From Antedon mediterranea (Eukaryota; Animalia; Echinodermata), in assembly GCF_964355755.1 (NCBI RefSeq), contig NC_092670.1, forward strand, positions 12,882,795 to 12,946,794: a stretch of 64,000 nucleotides of DNA. Direction: 5' to 3'. A program made the translations under genes and the position numbers. A model generated the notes under the pieces. It saw only the letters and a program-made list of their open reading frames with translations, did no database searches and was not told the DNA's origin. This document shows positions 13,401 through 40,599 of this stretch, one piece after another; the stretch's first letter is position 1; each line of letters begins with the position of its first letter.

Positions 13401-15231
13401 GAATAGCGTAGATTAAAACAAACAACAAACATTTAAACATACCGATGTTAGTTGCACACTTTTGGTAAATGTTTGACTTTTGAAAATTTAAATTCGTAAA
13501 AATAAAAACAGTTAGGAAATTAAGAGGCGATGGTAAGAAGAAGTGGAAGAGCGTACCAATTTATTGACACAGAGAGAAAACATTGGTGCCGCCGAGGTCA
13601 AGATTTGACATTTGCAATTGCAAAAACACCAGTTGTTTTCAGACTATTTTGAGCAGACGGAAAACCTTTTTTTCAGTTTTGTGCATAGCCTAACTGTGTT
13701 GGCAAAAATCTAATTTAACAGAATGTTATGCATATAGAAAAAAAGTAAAATTTAGCAAAGTTAAGTCTAGTTATTAAGTCAAGACATATTACAAATACAT
13801 ACCTTTAAAATACCACCACAGAATATTCGTTGGAATGTTGTTCGTTGATGATGAATCACAACAATATAAAACAATAAAATAAACTCTCCTCGGAACGATC
13901 AGATCGAAGCGCGTGCTCTCAACTAACTTATTAAGTTTGATATTTATTAATCATGTCATAGAGCTATCCGACAAGGAGGAGCAAACCAATGATGGTTTGA
14001 TCAAGCGATACCCTTATATTATTGAAACTATTGATGAGTTCAATCGAGTAGAAAACCAGTTCTAACCGCGACCGTGTTGTGACGTAGGTGCGTATTCTTA
14101 TGGTCATCGACGCGTAAAATTCTTACGTCTTATTTAAGCCGATAAACATTAATAATTACAAGGCGTTAAAGCAAAGTGAATTAGAAGTATCATGATGTAT
14201 CTATTGCAAACTGACATTTACCGATGTAAAAAACAGGATAACACAATTTAGGAAAATCCAATAACATAACTTTCAAGATGCGTTTAGCCTCCGAATATCG
14301 CTGCGCTTAACACAAACAGCGCATACGTTATTCGTAACTGCAATGGGAACCATGATATTGCGCCGGGACACCAGCTTCAATTATATATGCAGTATTTAAA
14401 TACCGGTAATAAATTTGATTTTAAGTACCGTAATTGCTGCATAATACGCCAATACATAATTACGGCTTATTTAATACAACACTATTTTGTTTTAATTAAT
14501 TAAATTAACGGCTTATTGATCAATGGAATACATATCATCAGAGAACGTAAGTGCATGATGATTGTAATAAATCTATTTAAAATAGTCGGAGCTGAGCTAA
14601 TAAAAAAAGTAAGCTTACTAAACTTGTTTGTGTCCAGAACAGCTACAATAAAGATACGCTTTAAATTTCGTTTTTGTTTCGTTGAAGAATTCGGATAATT
14701 ATCAAAGACGTCAGGCTTTAACGTGCTTCTTTTTAAACGAAAACAAAGAACATAAGAAAAGAGTCACACAAACTGCCTTAAAATGTAAATGTGACATGTT
14801 TCGAGAAACTATTCTCATCAACAGAACATAACATTAAAATAGAAAACAACCATTCACCTTTCCAATTTCTTGCCTTGTATTACATTGTAGTTTATCAAGC
14901 GTTTTTCACAATATTAATTATGTAAATAAAATATTATTTCAGAAAATATTTACATAAATAACACATATAATTACTAGTGCAACAAGTGGCATTTTACTAT
15001 CAGAAATTGATTTTTAAATTTAACCCATAACCAGAAATATTATTAGTTGCTTTGAAAATCCAGCAATATTCCTTTAGGCCTACTATAATAATGGAACACT
15101 CACAACTATAATCATCCAATGTTATATCAAAAATACAGATATTAAATGGAAAATGTACTTCCTAATTCACTTTCAATTCATTTTTAGATGCTCAGTATTA
15201 TCTAACTGGATTTGTTTTACAGATTTTCGTT

Positions 15232-18200
15232 TTATACTGCAGTTGCAAACCCCACTCTGTTGTTTGCTCGGTCAAACACGGTATAATATCGTCTCATGAA
15301 CGGGTGTCCCAAGATCCACAATGGACTGTCTGTTTTTTGAACATCATCTCGACGAATGAATGCACTTAGGCATTTTGTTGATACCTGATATAAACAAGTG
15401 ATAGCCATTATTTTAGCAAAGAAAAGAAATTAGAAATTACCGTATATGTTACGTTGAATTTTAATTATATTTTGCATGAATCATTTACCTGAAGTACGTA
15501 ATATCTGCTTTCAAGTGTAAACCTGTATGTATTGATGGAGAAGGTAATGTCTGGTAGGGTTGGTATCTTATCGCATGGAATGATGTACTAAGAAACAAAA
15601 GTAACAACCTTATAATAGCCATCAATTTATAATAATAGTTTGTTTGTAGAAAGCAAGTATGTTAACTGAATTTATATTGTTACACCACATAGGCCCTACG
15701 TACCTGTCTTTTTCCAGCTGGAATTGCACCAATTAATGAGTTGATAGCATCGATCTCCGCATCAGGACCAGTAATCATAGAGCTACCCGTATCAGCGATG
15801 GCCTCACATCCACCATCACAGTAATGTTTTGATACCCTGTAACCACTAACGTTAATCCTTGAAAATAATAATATTAATTTAAGCGCTGATTATAAATAAA
15901 CTGAAAATCAAATTAGTTTTTTGCTTTGTTGTTTCGTGACTTCAGATTATTCCAAAGTACCTAATTGAATTAAAACAAGTCCGTTGAGGACTTTTGTTGG
16001 TTATCCCTGGATGGCATATCGCTATATTTAAAAAAATGTTTTTGATGTTTCGATCTGGAAAAAAGGGAGAGGTAGACCTCACTCGAGATGGAGGAGTAAG
16101 CTCGTCAGACAGACCGGTACAACAGCATGACCAAGATTTACGAAGGATAGGAACAACTGGCACCAATTGGGAGAGGAACTTTCTCACCAGTGGGACGATA
16201 TGACCTAATGACTGAACAATATTAATGGGTTAGCGGTTAGGTTAACGATAAATGTAGGCCTAGTGCTGGTGATCACACGTAATAATTATATTGTCATATT
16301 GTCCATGGTCGAGTACCTCCGCTGCAAAGCCAGGAGACAGCGCATTAAAACAAGCAAGATGAAAAATTCAACCGGACACAGTTTTTTTATAGAAAATCTG
16401 ATTTTCAGGATCATTTTAGAAGGAATTAAACAATATTTTTTTCTGTTAGACAATTACTCATTTTTACATACCCGCCCATCTTAAACTGCCAGTAACCTTG
16501 CTTAGAGACAGGGACATAAGTGAAGTCTCCAGTATGATATATTCGGTCTGTACCTCCAAGGATCAGTTCGCCTCCATCAGCATCACTAGACCTACAATTT
16601 TAAATTTCAAACGAAAAAGTGAAACTTATTTCTTACAATTATGTCACCCTTCCACCCTCGGCAAATATACAATGCAAAAAGATTTAGTTTACAACGTAAA
16701 TTACCTGTCAAAATAAAATGAAAATTCATGTGCTTGCAGCAAACGCTGCTGATACAAATTTTCAATGAAAGGAAGAGCATTATCATAGGATTGATGGTTT
16801 CCTAAACCAACAACGCCATCAAACTTAGAATTTATAAACTTTTTAGGCATGGTGGTTACTTGTGTAAACACTTGGGATTTCACAGTGGCTCCGTCAATCT
16901 AAAAAAAAAAGGAAGAGGAAGAATAAGAAATAGAAGTGTTTTTTATTTGCATGAAGCTCTATCTACAATATCAATGTTTACGATGTTATACCACTACTAT
17001 ATTTTGGCAATCATGAGGATAATAACAATAACAAGTAGTATGCCAATTGCTAACATGAAATAATTTAAAAAAAAGGATACAGATTGCTTCTTTTTATATT
17101 TTCCTTTTTTCGTTTTGTGGTCTAAATATATAGGAAGTTCTCATTTTGTGATTATGATGTTGCAATCAAATCAAGCATATTGATCATCGAACAAAAGCTA
17201 CATTTTATATCAATGACTTTGGTAGGATGCGCAGTTCAACCCACAGAGCCGTATTTATGGAAACAAAATGTTCGATTTTTTGTTGTTGAATATGCCATTT
17301 TGATGTTTCATAATTTGAAAATCCGAAAAAGCTGTAATTTAAAGCAAAAAATAGTCCCATTGTCTGCAAGTGAAAACTTTATATTTTTTTCTGCGGAAGT
17401 GATTAACTTTATTAAAACTACAAAACCTGATTTTATTAATCAATACATCTTGAACCATTACTATATACTTACTGAAACATGGTCCTTAATTAGGTAACCA
17501 GACATCTCCTTAGATTTATAACAGAATTCAACTGCATTTCCAACCTGTTCGTGAGTTGATGATTTTGTCCTATCATACTTTCTAAGTAACGCTAGAATAA
17601 AAATTATTTTTATTCATTAAAGATCAAACAGAGGCCGATGTAAAAAAAATACAGGATCGCCATGAAATACAACCTAAAATGTGATTAAAATAACTTTGAA
17701 TATTAACCCTCAGTTTCATTGGACAAAACAACAAAAATACTATTTTTACATTATAATTAACACGAGAATATTGTTTAAATATTGTAATTTAGTATTTACT
17801 TAAATACATAATTCATATACGACTATGCTATTAAACCATGAAAGTCTGTTTCAACATGTAGGCCTAGATGGTAAGATCACAGTATGGTAATTAGCAGAAT
17901 TGGACATTTTATTTTATTTTATTTCATTTTTTTTTATTCAAACGAAACCAACAGCGATAATTACCGCCACTAACAGGTTAGATCCAAACAAAGCCAGGAC
18001 TGTTTCTTGACCTTGATTGGTCCTAACATTGATCAAGGGTCCTTGTCCAGTGCCCACCTTGACCAGAGGAAAGGCATAAGCCAATGCACTTCTGAGGCAG
18101 ATACTAGATGCAGGGGCTGCCATAAGAGTTATCATTTTCTATTCAGGATATGGATTACAGAGAGGACATTATAAGCATACCTTAGTGTTACTTTACTGAT

Positions 18201-21065
18201 GACAAAAAGAAAAGAAATAGGCCTAAAGAAAGAAATTGGGCTCTATTAAACTTACCACAAGCAGCATCTACACAATGTTCTGATGTAATCAATACGTTTG
18301 AACTGCCAGTGTCGAAAAGTACTTGGAACGTCTGCGGTGGTGTTCCAATTGAAATGGTTCCATAATATTGGGCCTGGGTGCAGAGGAAATCAATATAATT
18401 GAACACCCAGTATATCTAATATGACACCTTCTTTGCCACCGTTTCAAACGGAATTACAAATTTACTAAACACAAAATGCCATATGTCTTACACACATATT
18501 AATATTTGTTTGATATAGTTCTGATCACTAAAGATCAGTTTGATGCCAGGTAAACACACGTTTATATATAATGAGCAGGTCGAGGTGTTGTCGAGTATTT
18601 CACCCTGGCGATTTATTTAGGGGTCACACCCATTAATAGAATATCTTAATATCAGAACTTACGACCTTTCTCCCTAAAGCGTGGTTCCCACTAGCGACGC
18701 AACACAAGGACGTAACGCAACGCAAGTAAATTGACCAATCACAAGCGATGGCTTATTCGCTTGTGATTGCTAACTGTCTATAACTTCGCTTGTCATTGGT
18801 TAAAACGCTTGCGTTGCGTTTACGTCCTTGTGTTACGTTCTAGTGGGAACCAAGTTTAAGCTGGAGTTTCGTCGCAACAGCACCGCTTTCATTCTCAGCA
18901 TGTTTGGTTCCCACAACGCAAGGACGTAAGCGTAACGTAAATGATATGACCAATCACAAGCGATGGATTATTCGAACTGTCGCTTGTCATTGGTTTTACT
19001 AATAGTGGAACCAAGCTTTAGTGTGTTTCATAACATGGGTTGTAAATATACCTCCTTGGCGGAGGTAAATAAAGGCATTAATGTGGTTTTTTTTTTTGTG
19101 TTTTTTTTTGCATTTTTGGTGATGTTCAACGTAATCTCTGATAGGACAAAAACGCTGCCTTTTCGATAATTTACTATATACTGACCAATCAGAAACAACT
19201 TCTAACCATTCGTTATCATTACCGCCGTACGCGCCGACATCACAAAATCTAAATCCCATAATAATGAAAATGATTTAGCTATTTTTAAGCTGTGTCTACG
19301 CTATCAAACTTTAGGTGACAAACATGTGATGTGCCCATACATAATGATGATGTCATCACTACCATATTTGGGCATATCACTACCATATTTGGGCACATCA
19401 CACTGTAGACAGAGCTTTATACCAACATTCATTTATTCACGTACATCCTGGTAACTATGATCTTCATTTCCAACTTCTTCTTGTGTCTTATGCAAAGTGA
19501 TTCTGTACAATTATATTTAAAATACAACATTTTTGTCATTCATTATAGAGATGTAATGCATATTTTTTAGAAGAAATTATTAGTTAGTAAGATGTTTATT
19601 ATTGCACTACATCTTGATTTAGGCCTAAAGTCGGACAGCAATGTATTTCCACCAAGGAACACATATTTGGAATAATTTAACAGATTATATAAAACAATCC
19701 ACTCTAAGTTTGTTTAAACAGAGATTAAAGCAACATTATAACAATAGAAATATTTAAGTTAAGTAAATCGCATTATGTTATTTTGGTTTGTTCTTTTTTG
19801 TTTGTACAAATGTTTGATCTGTTTTGTTAGGGTTACATGCTTAAAGCACTTGTTAAAGCACTTGCTTAAAGCACTTGTGCTTATTTTGTATCCCATTCCA
19901 TTATCATATTATTTGTATTGTATTTATATATGTTTTGTATATTGATTATTGGATAAAAATGTCGATGATTGATTGACTTGTCTTTGTGTCTTGTCATGTG
20001 CAAAGGAATCTTAGTTAATTAGACACTTTTCGGTTAAATTGAAACAGGATGAAAAATAAAAGCTAAACATTTAGTTATGTTAACACGTTGAATACCAGAT
20101 GAGCATCAAAAAGAGCATTCTTATGAACCGATGCAATATATAGGCCTATAAATAATCTTGGTACTGTGCATATTTTGTGCACACAGGATTAAAGATGTAT
20201 TGTTCCCCTGAAAAATAATTTCTGAACATTTTTTTGGTTGAATATGCAGCGCCATTTTAATGTCACATCATAGTTATCTTCTTTGACCAAAAATTGGATG
20301 GGAAAATGTATATTTACCTGAAAAAAACTCATATTTAAAGAAAAAAATAGTCGAATTGGCTGCCAGTCAATGATGTTTTGGTTTATTTTTTTTAACTGGA
20401 TTAAAACTACAAAATAACCTATTCAAAATCTGATTTTATAGTTAGTCTTAATTGTTCATGGTTTTGGAGGACGATACATCTTTAATAATATTTCATAGTA
20501 ATATACGGTCAGTGTCAGTAAACCAGTCTAAACATTCTGTAATCAAAATTCTTAATCATTATCATTATCAGTGAAATGATTCATTCATCTATGTTGTATT
20601 TATCTGTTGACCCCTCATGGAGTATGATCAACACTTAAATATTTGTATGAGAGACGTAGGCCTACAGTTAAAAAAAGCGTAAGTATACTTCTCAACACTA
20701 TCTTATCACAAATGCACCTAAACATAATATATACAAGTCTTACGTCGAAATAGTTAGGGTGTTTTAATAGTATTTTAAACATATGTTCTCCGTATATTTT
20801 AGGCTTAAAGCAGAACCCTTAAAAACATAATGTATTTCATTGTCTATACAAAGTGCGCAAAGTTTACTTGATTCAACTGGGAAAAAAAAAGAGAGTCTTT
20901 AATGTGGTTAACTTCTGATTTCCACAACGAAAGATTTATTTTACAATAAATAAAAGAATGGATATTTACCAGTTAACTAAGCTAAATTGTGGAAATACTT
21001 CATACGAACCTTAGCAGACCATAGCATACAGAAATGCACATCACCAGTACAATTGCTACTTTCAT
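15232..21065 (-). CDS. Cathepsin D-like aspartic protease, diverged paralog 1 (intact, 9 exons)
   Basis: Exons 21065-21010, 19502-19445, 18373-18256, 17591-17473, 16898-16705, 16591-16472, 15857-15704, ~15588-15490 and 15384-15232 are all in frame. Signal peptide [16 protein letters not shown], catalytic DTGSS and DTGSS motifs, ends [18 protein letters not shown]. Confidence 0.9.
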
Positions 21066-21579
21066 TGTTCTTATCGATTCAACAGTAATTTGTGTTCTGT
21101 ATGATCCGAAATCCGAACTGCACTTCCACACAAAAATCACAGCCGATCGCGAATTAAAATTGAGGCAAAAATATATGCAAGACTCGATTTTTTAGTGATT
21201 AAATTAATTTAATTTGTTTGTTATGGTAATGGTAACTAACAATAAATTCGTGTATAATTTGTTTTTATTAAACTCAATTGAGCGCAGAGGTGCACATGTG
21301 GCAGTTTCAGAGGTGAATATATTTGTTTAATTATCAGCTTTGCACAGCCAGCAATTTTTCTTTCCAAAATACTAAAACACTCTGTATTATTATGCGTAAA
21401 TACTGTAGGCCTACCTAGAGCAATTTCAGCAATACAATCAAACGTACACATTTTCAATAAATCTTACTTCATTGTAGGCCTATACATTATCAAATTTAAA
21501 TTTGCAATATTCACGTTCAATTATTCGCAGATGTTTTAAAATATCTAAAAAGAAAAAACCTTCTACTCAAATTTCGTTT

Positions 21580-26569
<4,990 letters not shown>

Positions 26570-27175
26570 TGTTCTTGTTGTATTTTTAAAATACACAGTA
26601 GTCCTACACTCAACTCCAAACACTGCACTAGTCAACACCAGAACAGAGCCGATCAAATTGAAGTTTAAACAAAATATTCAAGTTTTAGTAATTACATTAA
26701 TTCAATTTGTTTTGTTATGGTAATTTAATAAATGTAACAATTAATTTGTGTATATATATTTTTATTTATTAAACCCTATTAAGTGCAAACTGTGTTTAAT
26801 AACCTGATGGCATTTACGTAACACAGACGTGCATAATGTGGGTGAATATGAAATTAAATTTATGACCAAAATTATAAGTTATAATTCGATTTGAATTACT
26901 AATGTCAGGCAAAACATATGGCAAAAAGTAGCAAATTTAACAATAAAAATGGACATATAATTTTGGAGAGAACTGGAAACAATGAAATGATTTATAATTA
27001 TACGATTTGTGGTTAGCCATTACATTGAGACTATTTTTTTTATTGAACGCAACAATCAATTTGTCCATGCATGCATATTTTTTTTTATTAAGTAGTGTAG
27101 TTCAAAATATTTAAATGAAATACCTGTTTAAATTATTATCGAAGTGCATCAAAACAGTTGCAAATGTATAAGTTA

Positions 27176-27361
27176 AGGCCAATTCAGACAGCGTCGGGAG
27201 AAAATTAAACACGAGTAGGAGTTCCCGCGACGACCTAAAAAACTACGCCCGACGCTATTTTATGACGACTCGTCTCGTCGGGATTCAACTCAGACAACAC
27301 TGCCGACGAGTCAAGTCGTTTCGTCAGAGGCCTCGTTGTACGACGCTGTCTGAGTTGAACT
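27176..27361. mobile_element. Small Harbinger-like MITE
   Basis: Imperfect TIR (A)GGCCAATTCAGACAGCGTCG / CGACGCTGTCTGAGTTGAAC(T) in a TTAA context. Confidence 0.55.
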
Positions 27362-27576
27362 TAAAGCTTGGTTCCCACTAGAACGCAACGACAGGACGTA
27401 ACGCGATGCAAAGTGATTTGACCAATCTCAAGCGATGGATTATTCGAACAGTCGCGTGTAAATGGTCAACGTCCTTGCGTTGCGTCCAGTGAGAATGAAG
27501 AGGCTGCCGCATTTTATTAAAGTTTGGTCACACTTGAACGCAGCACGAAATTTGCCTAATCACGACGCATGGGTCA

Positions 27577-30500
27577 CAGTGGTGGCGCCAGACGGGGGCT
27601 CTAGCCCCCTCGTCGGGGAGCCTAGCCCCCCCCCCCCCCCCGTCGGGGAACACGGGTACTTTTTGTCGGAGAATATAATATACAGTAAAAAACGTTCGCG
27701 TTCACTTCATAGCTTCAGTGCCTAGAAAACCACGACGTTCCATTGACCGTGAGTACGTCAGAGGGCTAATATGCACTTTTATGCATTCATTTATTGCCAG
27801 CGATCTAACTTACTACTAAACATTAGCTAGGTACGCACTTGTCTGGCGGTATCCCTTTGTACGAATCGTTCAACGTTGGGTGAGACGCGTGATATCAAGT
27901 TCCATCCAGGTACCAAAATGTGTAATGTAGTTATTTTCCAGGCGAAGTTTACCGACGGTTACCGAAGGGAACACGGGTACTTTTTGTCGGGGAATATAAT
28001 ATACAGTAAAACGGGTTCGCGTTCACTTCGTAGCTAGCTTCAGCGCCTAGAAAACCGCGACGTTTCATTGACCGTGAGAGTACGTCAGAGTGATATTATG
28101 CACTTTATATGAATTCATTATTGCCAGCGATCTAACTTACTATAGAAAACAATAGCTAGGTTCGCACTTGTCTGGCGGTATCCATTTGTACGAATCGTTC
28201 AACGTTGTCGAGACGCGTGATATCATGTTCCATCCAGCGACCAAAATGTGTACTGTAGTTATTTTCCAGGCGAAGTTTACTGACGGTTACGTCGTGTACT
28301 GCGTCGACGTACGCTACACTACAGCAAAAACGAATTATGTTAATTGTTCGTATGTTCACCAATTTTTTTAATTTACAAGTAACCTTCTGTACCGTGGGGC
28401 ACCTGAAATAAATTTTTCATCCATTACTAAACAAAAAACATGCAACTTAATTTTCGCTTAGCCAACATCTTATTATAGCTAAGTTATTACATTTTCAATG
28501 TCCTGTGTATGTCATGAATTTCTCACCACTCGGAAGTCCAGATGGTACGCACGCATACACTTGGGAGGAATAAACTTATTTCCCCGACTGAAAAAGGTCT
28601 ACGCTTGCCAGCGTTGCCAGCGATAAAATTTAAATTATGCCGTATCCTGTCTCAATAATGCCAGATTGGGAAAAATAATGCCAGATCCCCAAAATGTGGC
28701 CCTAAACAGCGCCACCAACGGTTGTATGTCTAATAAACGTTTGTAAAACCCCAACTGACACAAAATAGGGCCTAAATTGTATCCCTATGTCGTTCAAAAA
28801 TTGTATTTTTAGTTTTGTGAGTAATAAATAATAATTCTAAAAATATCTGGGGTGCGAAAATGGTAATTGCAAATGACACAAACACCAATCCACGAACCCT
28901 TCTCCCCCCCCCCACCCCCCACAAAAAACCTGTTACAGCCATGGAAATTTAGAATTTTTGAGCTGAAATATGAGAGCTGCTCGATCTTTGCACTTAATTT
29001 CAAATATGAAAGGATCTTAGCCCACCATAATTAGAAAATGGCAATTATAATTTAAAATAGGAAATAAATATATATTAAGTGTCTCCAGGACCTCAGCCCC
29101 ACCGTGGTTGATAAGAAAATTTTGAAAAATGCTGATGGCCGGAAATGGCACTTAATTTCAGATATGAAATAAAAATATATTTATTAGTACCTCCAGGATC
29201 TTAGCCCACCATAGTTCGAAAATGGCAATTATAATTTAAAATAGGAAATAAAAATATATATTAAGTGTCTCCAGGACCTCAGCTCCACCATGGCTGGTGC
29301 TGAGGTAAGAAAATTTGGAAAAATAGAGCTGCTCAATGGGCGAAAATGGCACTTAATTTCAAATATGAAATAAAAATATATTTATTAGTACCTCCAGGAT
29401 CTTAGCCTATCATAGTTTTGAAAATGGCAATTATAATTTAAAATAGGAAATAAAAATATATATTAAGTGTCTCCATGACCTCAGCCCCACCATGGTTGGG
29501 GCTGAGGTAAAAAAAATTGGAAAAATAGAGCTGCTCGATGGGCGGAAATGGCACTTAATTTTAAATAAAAATTACCTCGCCCACATGGTCACTACTGGGG
29601 CTGAGAGGTGAAGAACATTTGGAAAAATAGGGTTGCTACGACGATGCAAATGGAACATAATTTGAAATATGGAAAACAAATTCTCCTAGAAGAAATTCTT
29701 TTTAAAATTAGAGCTTATAGTTACTGGAAATTGCCATTTCAAGGGTTGGGGTAGGGGTGCGGCCACTTTATGAACTGAAACAACAAAACCCCTTTCATAA
29801 TGTTTTCGTTAAATTGTCTCTATATCTGGGGATCCAATAACCTGCATGGTCTCTGAAATAGAGCAACATAATTGGCCAATAGCCTCTTCGGATTTGTTGT
29901 GCTGCCTATATCGCACACACGGTAGTTTTCGAGCAGCCTTCCTATCCGAAGAGTCTATTTAAGTCCGAAACAAAAGGATGGAAGAACTATTGTACGGAAA
30001 ACCCGAACAGATCTGTTTTGTACGATATGATATTGTGTAAGGTGATATGTATTAAATTGCAAAAATTAAATAAAATATTTTATTTTTGTTCTGTGGTATA
30101 TTTTTTTTGGTTGTTCAAAAAACACAAAATTATGCCAGATTATGCTAAAAACGGCTAAATAATGCCGCGGCATTATGCCAGATGCCGTGGGCCTCTAAAT
30201 AATGCCAAAAAGCATAATAATGCCAGAAATGGCAACTATGACGCTTGCGTTTTTTAAGCCTCTAGGCCTGATGTTTCCAAAGTATAAAATGCAATTTTTT
30301 GAAGACCTGCAGCTCTAGTTTTAAAAATTTTCTTAGCTCAGCCCCAACAATAAAGCTGGTCATATTTCGAAGTACAAGAAATGCATTTTCCGGGACCTAA
30401 CATCTCTATTTTTCAAACATTTCTTAGCTCAGTCACAACCATGATAGGGACTTATATATTTTGTTTCATGTTTTGAAGTATAAATAAGTCCAATTTCCGG

Positions 30501-30836
30501 GACCTCCAACTCTATTTTTCTAAATTTTCTTTGAACTTTTATTTTTTAAATTGAAAAATATGGATTGAATGAAACAGTCATCGCGCATCGTTTTTTTGCA
30601 CGCAGTATTTTATTTATGCATTATAAAAAATGGAAAAAATGGCTACCCTAAATCTGATTAAAATGACCTCAAATGACGCTAGTACGCGTTGCTTCCGGGG
30701 GCTTCGACCCCTGGACCCCCACAGGGGGCCCTTGGCGGCCCCCGGTCCCCCAGCCTAGTGATGCTCGCTTCGCTCGCATAGCCCCCTCGTCGGGGAATGT
30801 AGCCCCCGCGTCGGGAAGATCCTGGCGCCACCCCTG
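27577..30836. mobile_element. Non-autonomous hAT-like DNA transposon (3.26 kb)
   Basis: TIRs CAGTGGTGGCGCCAG / CTGGCGCCACCCCTG; perfect 8-bp TSD ATGGGTCA at 27569-27576 and 30837-30844; subterminal TAGCCCCCTCGTCGGGGA repeats; no transposase ORF. Confidence 0.85.
28609..30240. mobile_element. Second hAT-like element nested inside the 27577-30836 element
   Basis: TIRs CAGCGTTGCCA / TGGCAACTATG; perfect 8-bp TSD ACGCTTGC at 28601-28608 and 30241-30248; ATGCCAGA subterminal repeats; internal ~185-bp tandem repeat at ~28970-29590. Confidence 0.85.
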
Positions 30837-31862
30837 ATGGGTCATCCAAACTGATAAATAACTAAACCTTCACTTTGCTTTGCTAAAGGAAGCGGGTCTA
30901 ATTCTCCCTAGATAGCAGTATGTGTGTGACGTAAAAGAACAGAAACTTACAAAAAATGTCAACATGTCAGTCTTTATTTTCTCAAAAATCACTAATACAA
31001 AAAACTAAATCCGCTAACAATATTAACATCTAGTTGCAAGTGCATGCGATTATTTATTATTATTTTACATGTACAAACTGTGTAATGATTTGATGAAATC
31101 AATACGATTGGTTCTTACCAGAGATGAAACGCAATGACGTAGACACAACGTCAGCGAGCTGACTAATCACAAGAAGCGACAGTTTGAATCCGTGGTTTGT
31201 GATTGGTCAAATGACTTACGTTGCGCTTACGTCATATTGTATCCAAGTTGGAACCAAGCTTTAGAAAAATGACAGCATTCATTCATGCATATCGATGTGA
31301 AAACACAGTAATTAAAGTAACTACAGTACTACTTAAGAGTCCTGTCCAAGAGTTGTCAGACTCCGTCATCAAATTGATGATGTCATGAGGTTTAGGAACA
31401 TCAAAGTGTGACAAACAAAATATGGTGAAACACAACCCTTCACTTTTCCCCTCTTTATACTAATTACTGTAAATAAGCACAATTGCAATATTAATTACAA
31501 AAAAATAAATTATTTCAGAAAAAAACATTGCATCAATAACAATAAGTAGCAGTGCATTATGTGACATGTTCAAATGTGTTAGTTTATTTTTAAATTCAAT
31601 ACTTAACCAGAAATATTACTAATACTAAATTTGTGTTAGTTCACCACTAAATTCTGTATATTTCTATTCCAAATTAACGGAACACTGCTACCCTTATTGT
31701 TTGTGAATATCGCTATAATTGATGGATAATCATCCAACATACAACAAATATAGTTCCAAAACATACTTTTTAAATGTAGTTATTATTATATTCAAATTTG
31801 GATTTGTTAACTTTTCATTAATTTGCAGATGTGTTTTCATTTTTTGTGTGTAGATTTTGGGT

Positions 31863-39599
<7,737 letters not shown>

Positions 39600-39734
39600 T
39601 GTTGTTTTATTGTTTGCAGTGTTTAAATGCAGGAAACAGTGTACTTAATGTGCTCAACAAATACTAACAAAACACCAACACCGCACATGAAAACGAAACA
39701 AGAGAGATCGATCGAAAAAGTCATATGATTTGCA

Positions 39735-39744
39735 GTCACGTGAC
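39735..39744. promoter_or_regulatory. CLEAR element (TFEB/MiT E-box) upstream of cathepsin D
   Basis: Exact palindrome GTCACGTGAC ~135 bp upstream of the cathepsin D ATG, with an adjacent E-box GTCATATGAT at 39720-39729. Confidence 0.7.
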
Positions 39745-40599
39745 GATGCCGATTGAGTACAGAGTAGTCTTTAGTTTCCAGGCACCATTTAATCCTTGGC
39801 TCTTGATGATTATTCATCCTTCCGAGTGGTTAGAAGTTTATTGACATTAATCATCATTACGTAATCGTGATAAACATTGAAAGCATTTAGGCCTATTTAT
39901 CTTTTTTGAGATGTGCTCTCAAATAGTCACTTGGCACTATGGCCTATGTCGTGTCGGAGGAGAAAACCAGATCTATAGGCCTAGTTGTAAAAGATCTTTC
40001 AAGAGAAATTTGTGTAATTTTCGTTTTCTTTTCAGTTCACTGTAATTATTTGAATTTGGAATTCAATTTTCAAAAATAAAATGATCAATCAATCATACAG
40101 TATATTTAGGAAAGAAAAGAAGGAATTGTATCATGTATGTGAGAAAACTATATACAGTATTATAATCGCAGAAGAGACGGTCACTCGCAGATGACGTAGC
40201 CACAGATTGTTGGCTCCCATGATTCCGCGTTATTGATTTTAGATTTCAAATACAATTAAACATGGTAAATATAATAATCCCTTTATTGTTTAAATAACTA
40301 TTTACATTGATTTTATGTTTTCATATTATTGTCCGACTGCTGCCACCCAGTTCAATAGTAAACGTAGGCCTAAGTCTACAAACAAAATCATTCTTCAGCA
40401 GAATATTGGTTTCAAATTGTTCTTATGTTAAAGGTAGGATAAAATTAGTCTAATTTGTCCTTTTATTTTACAGCTCGCACTATATATAATAAGCATATTT
40501 GTTAATTTGCATTTTTGTAAAAACAAACTCTATATATGATTTAAATTGTTTGTGTGCGAAACCGCAATTCTATGCTACAATTGAAATGTGACTTTGATC

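Noticed and set aside
10740-14070. Possible exons of an unrecognised gene (e.g. ~10743-10906, ~13960-14065)
   Set aside because: Short open stretches with no recognisable homology or consistent splice chain; RNA-seq would be needed.
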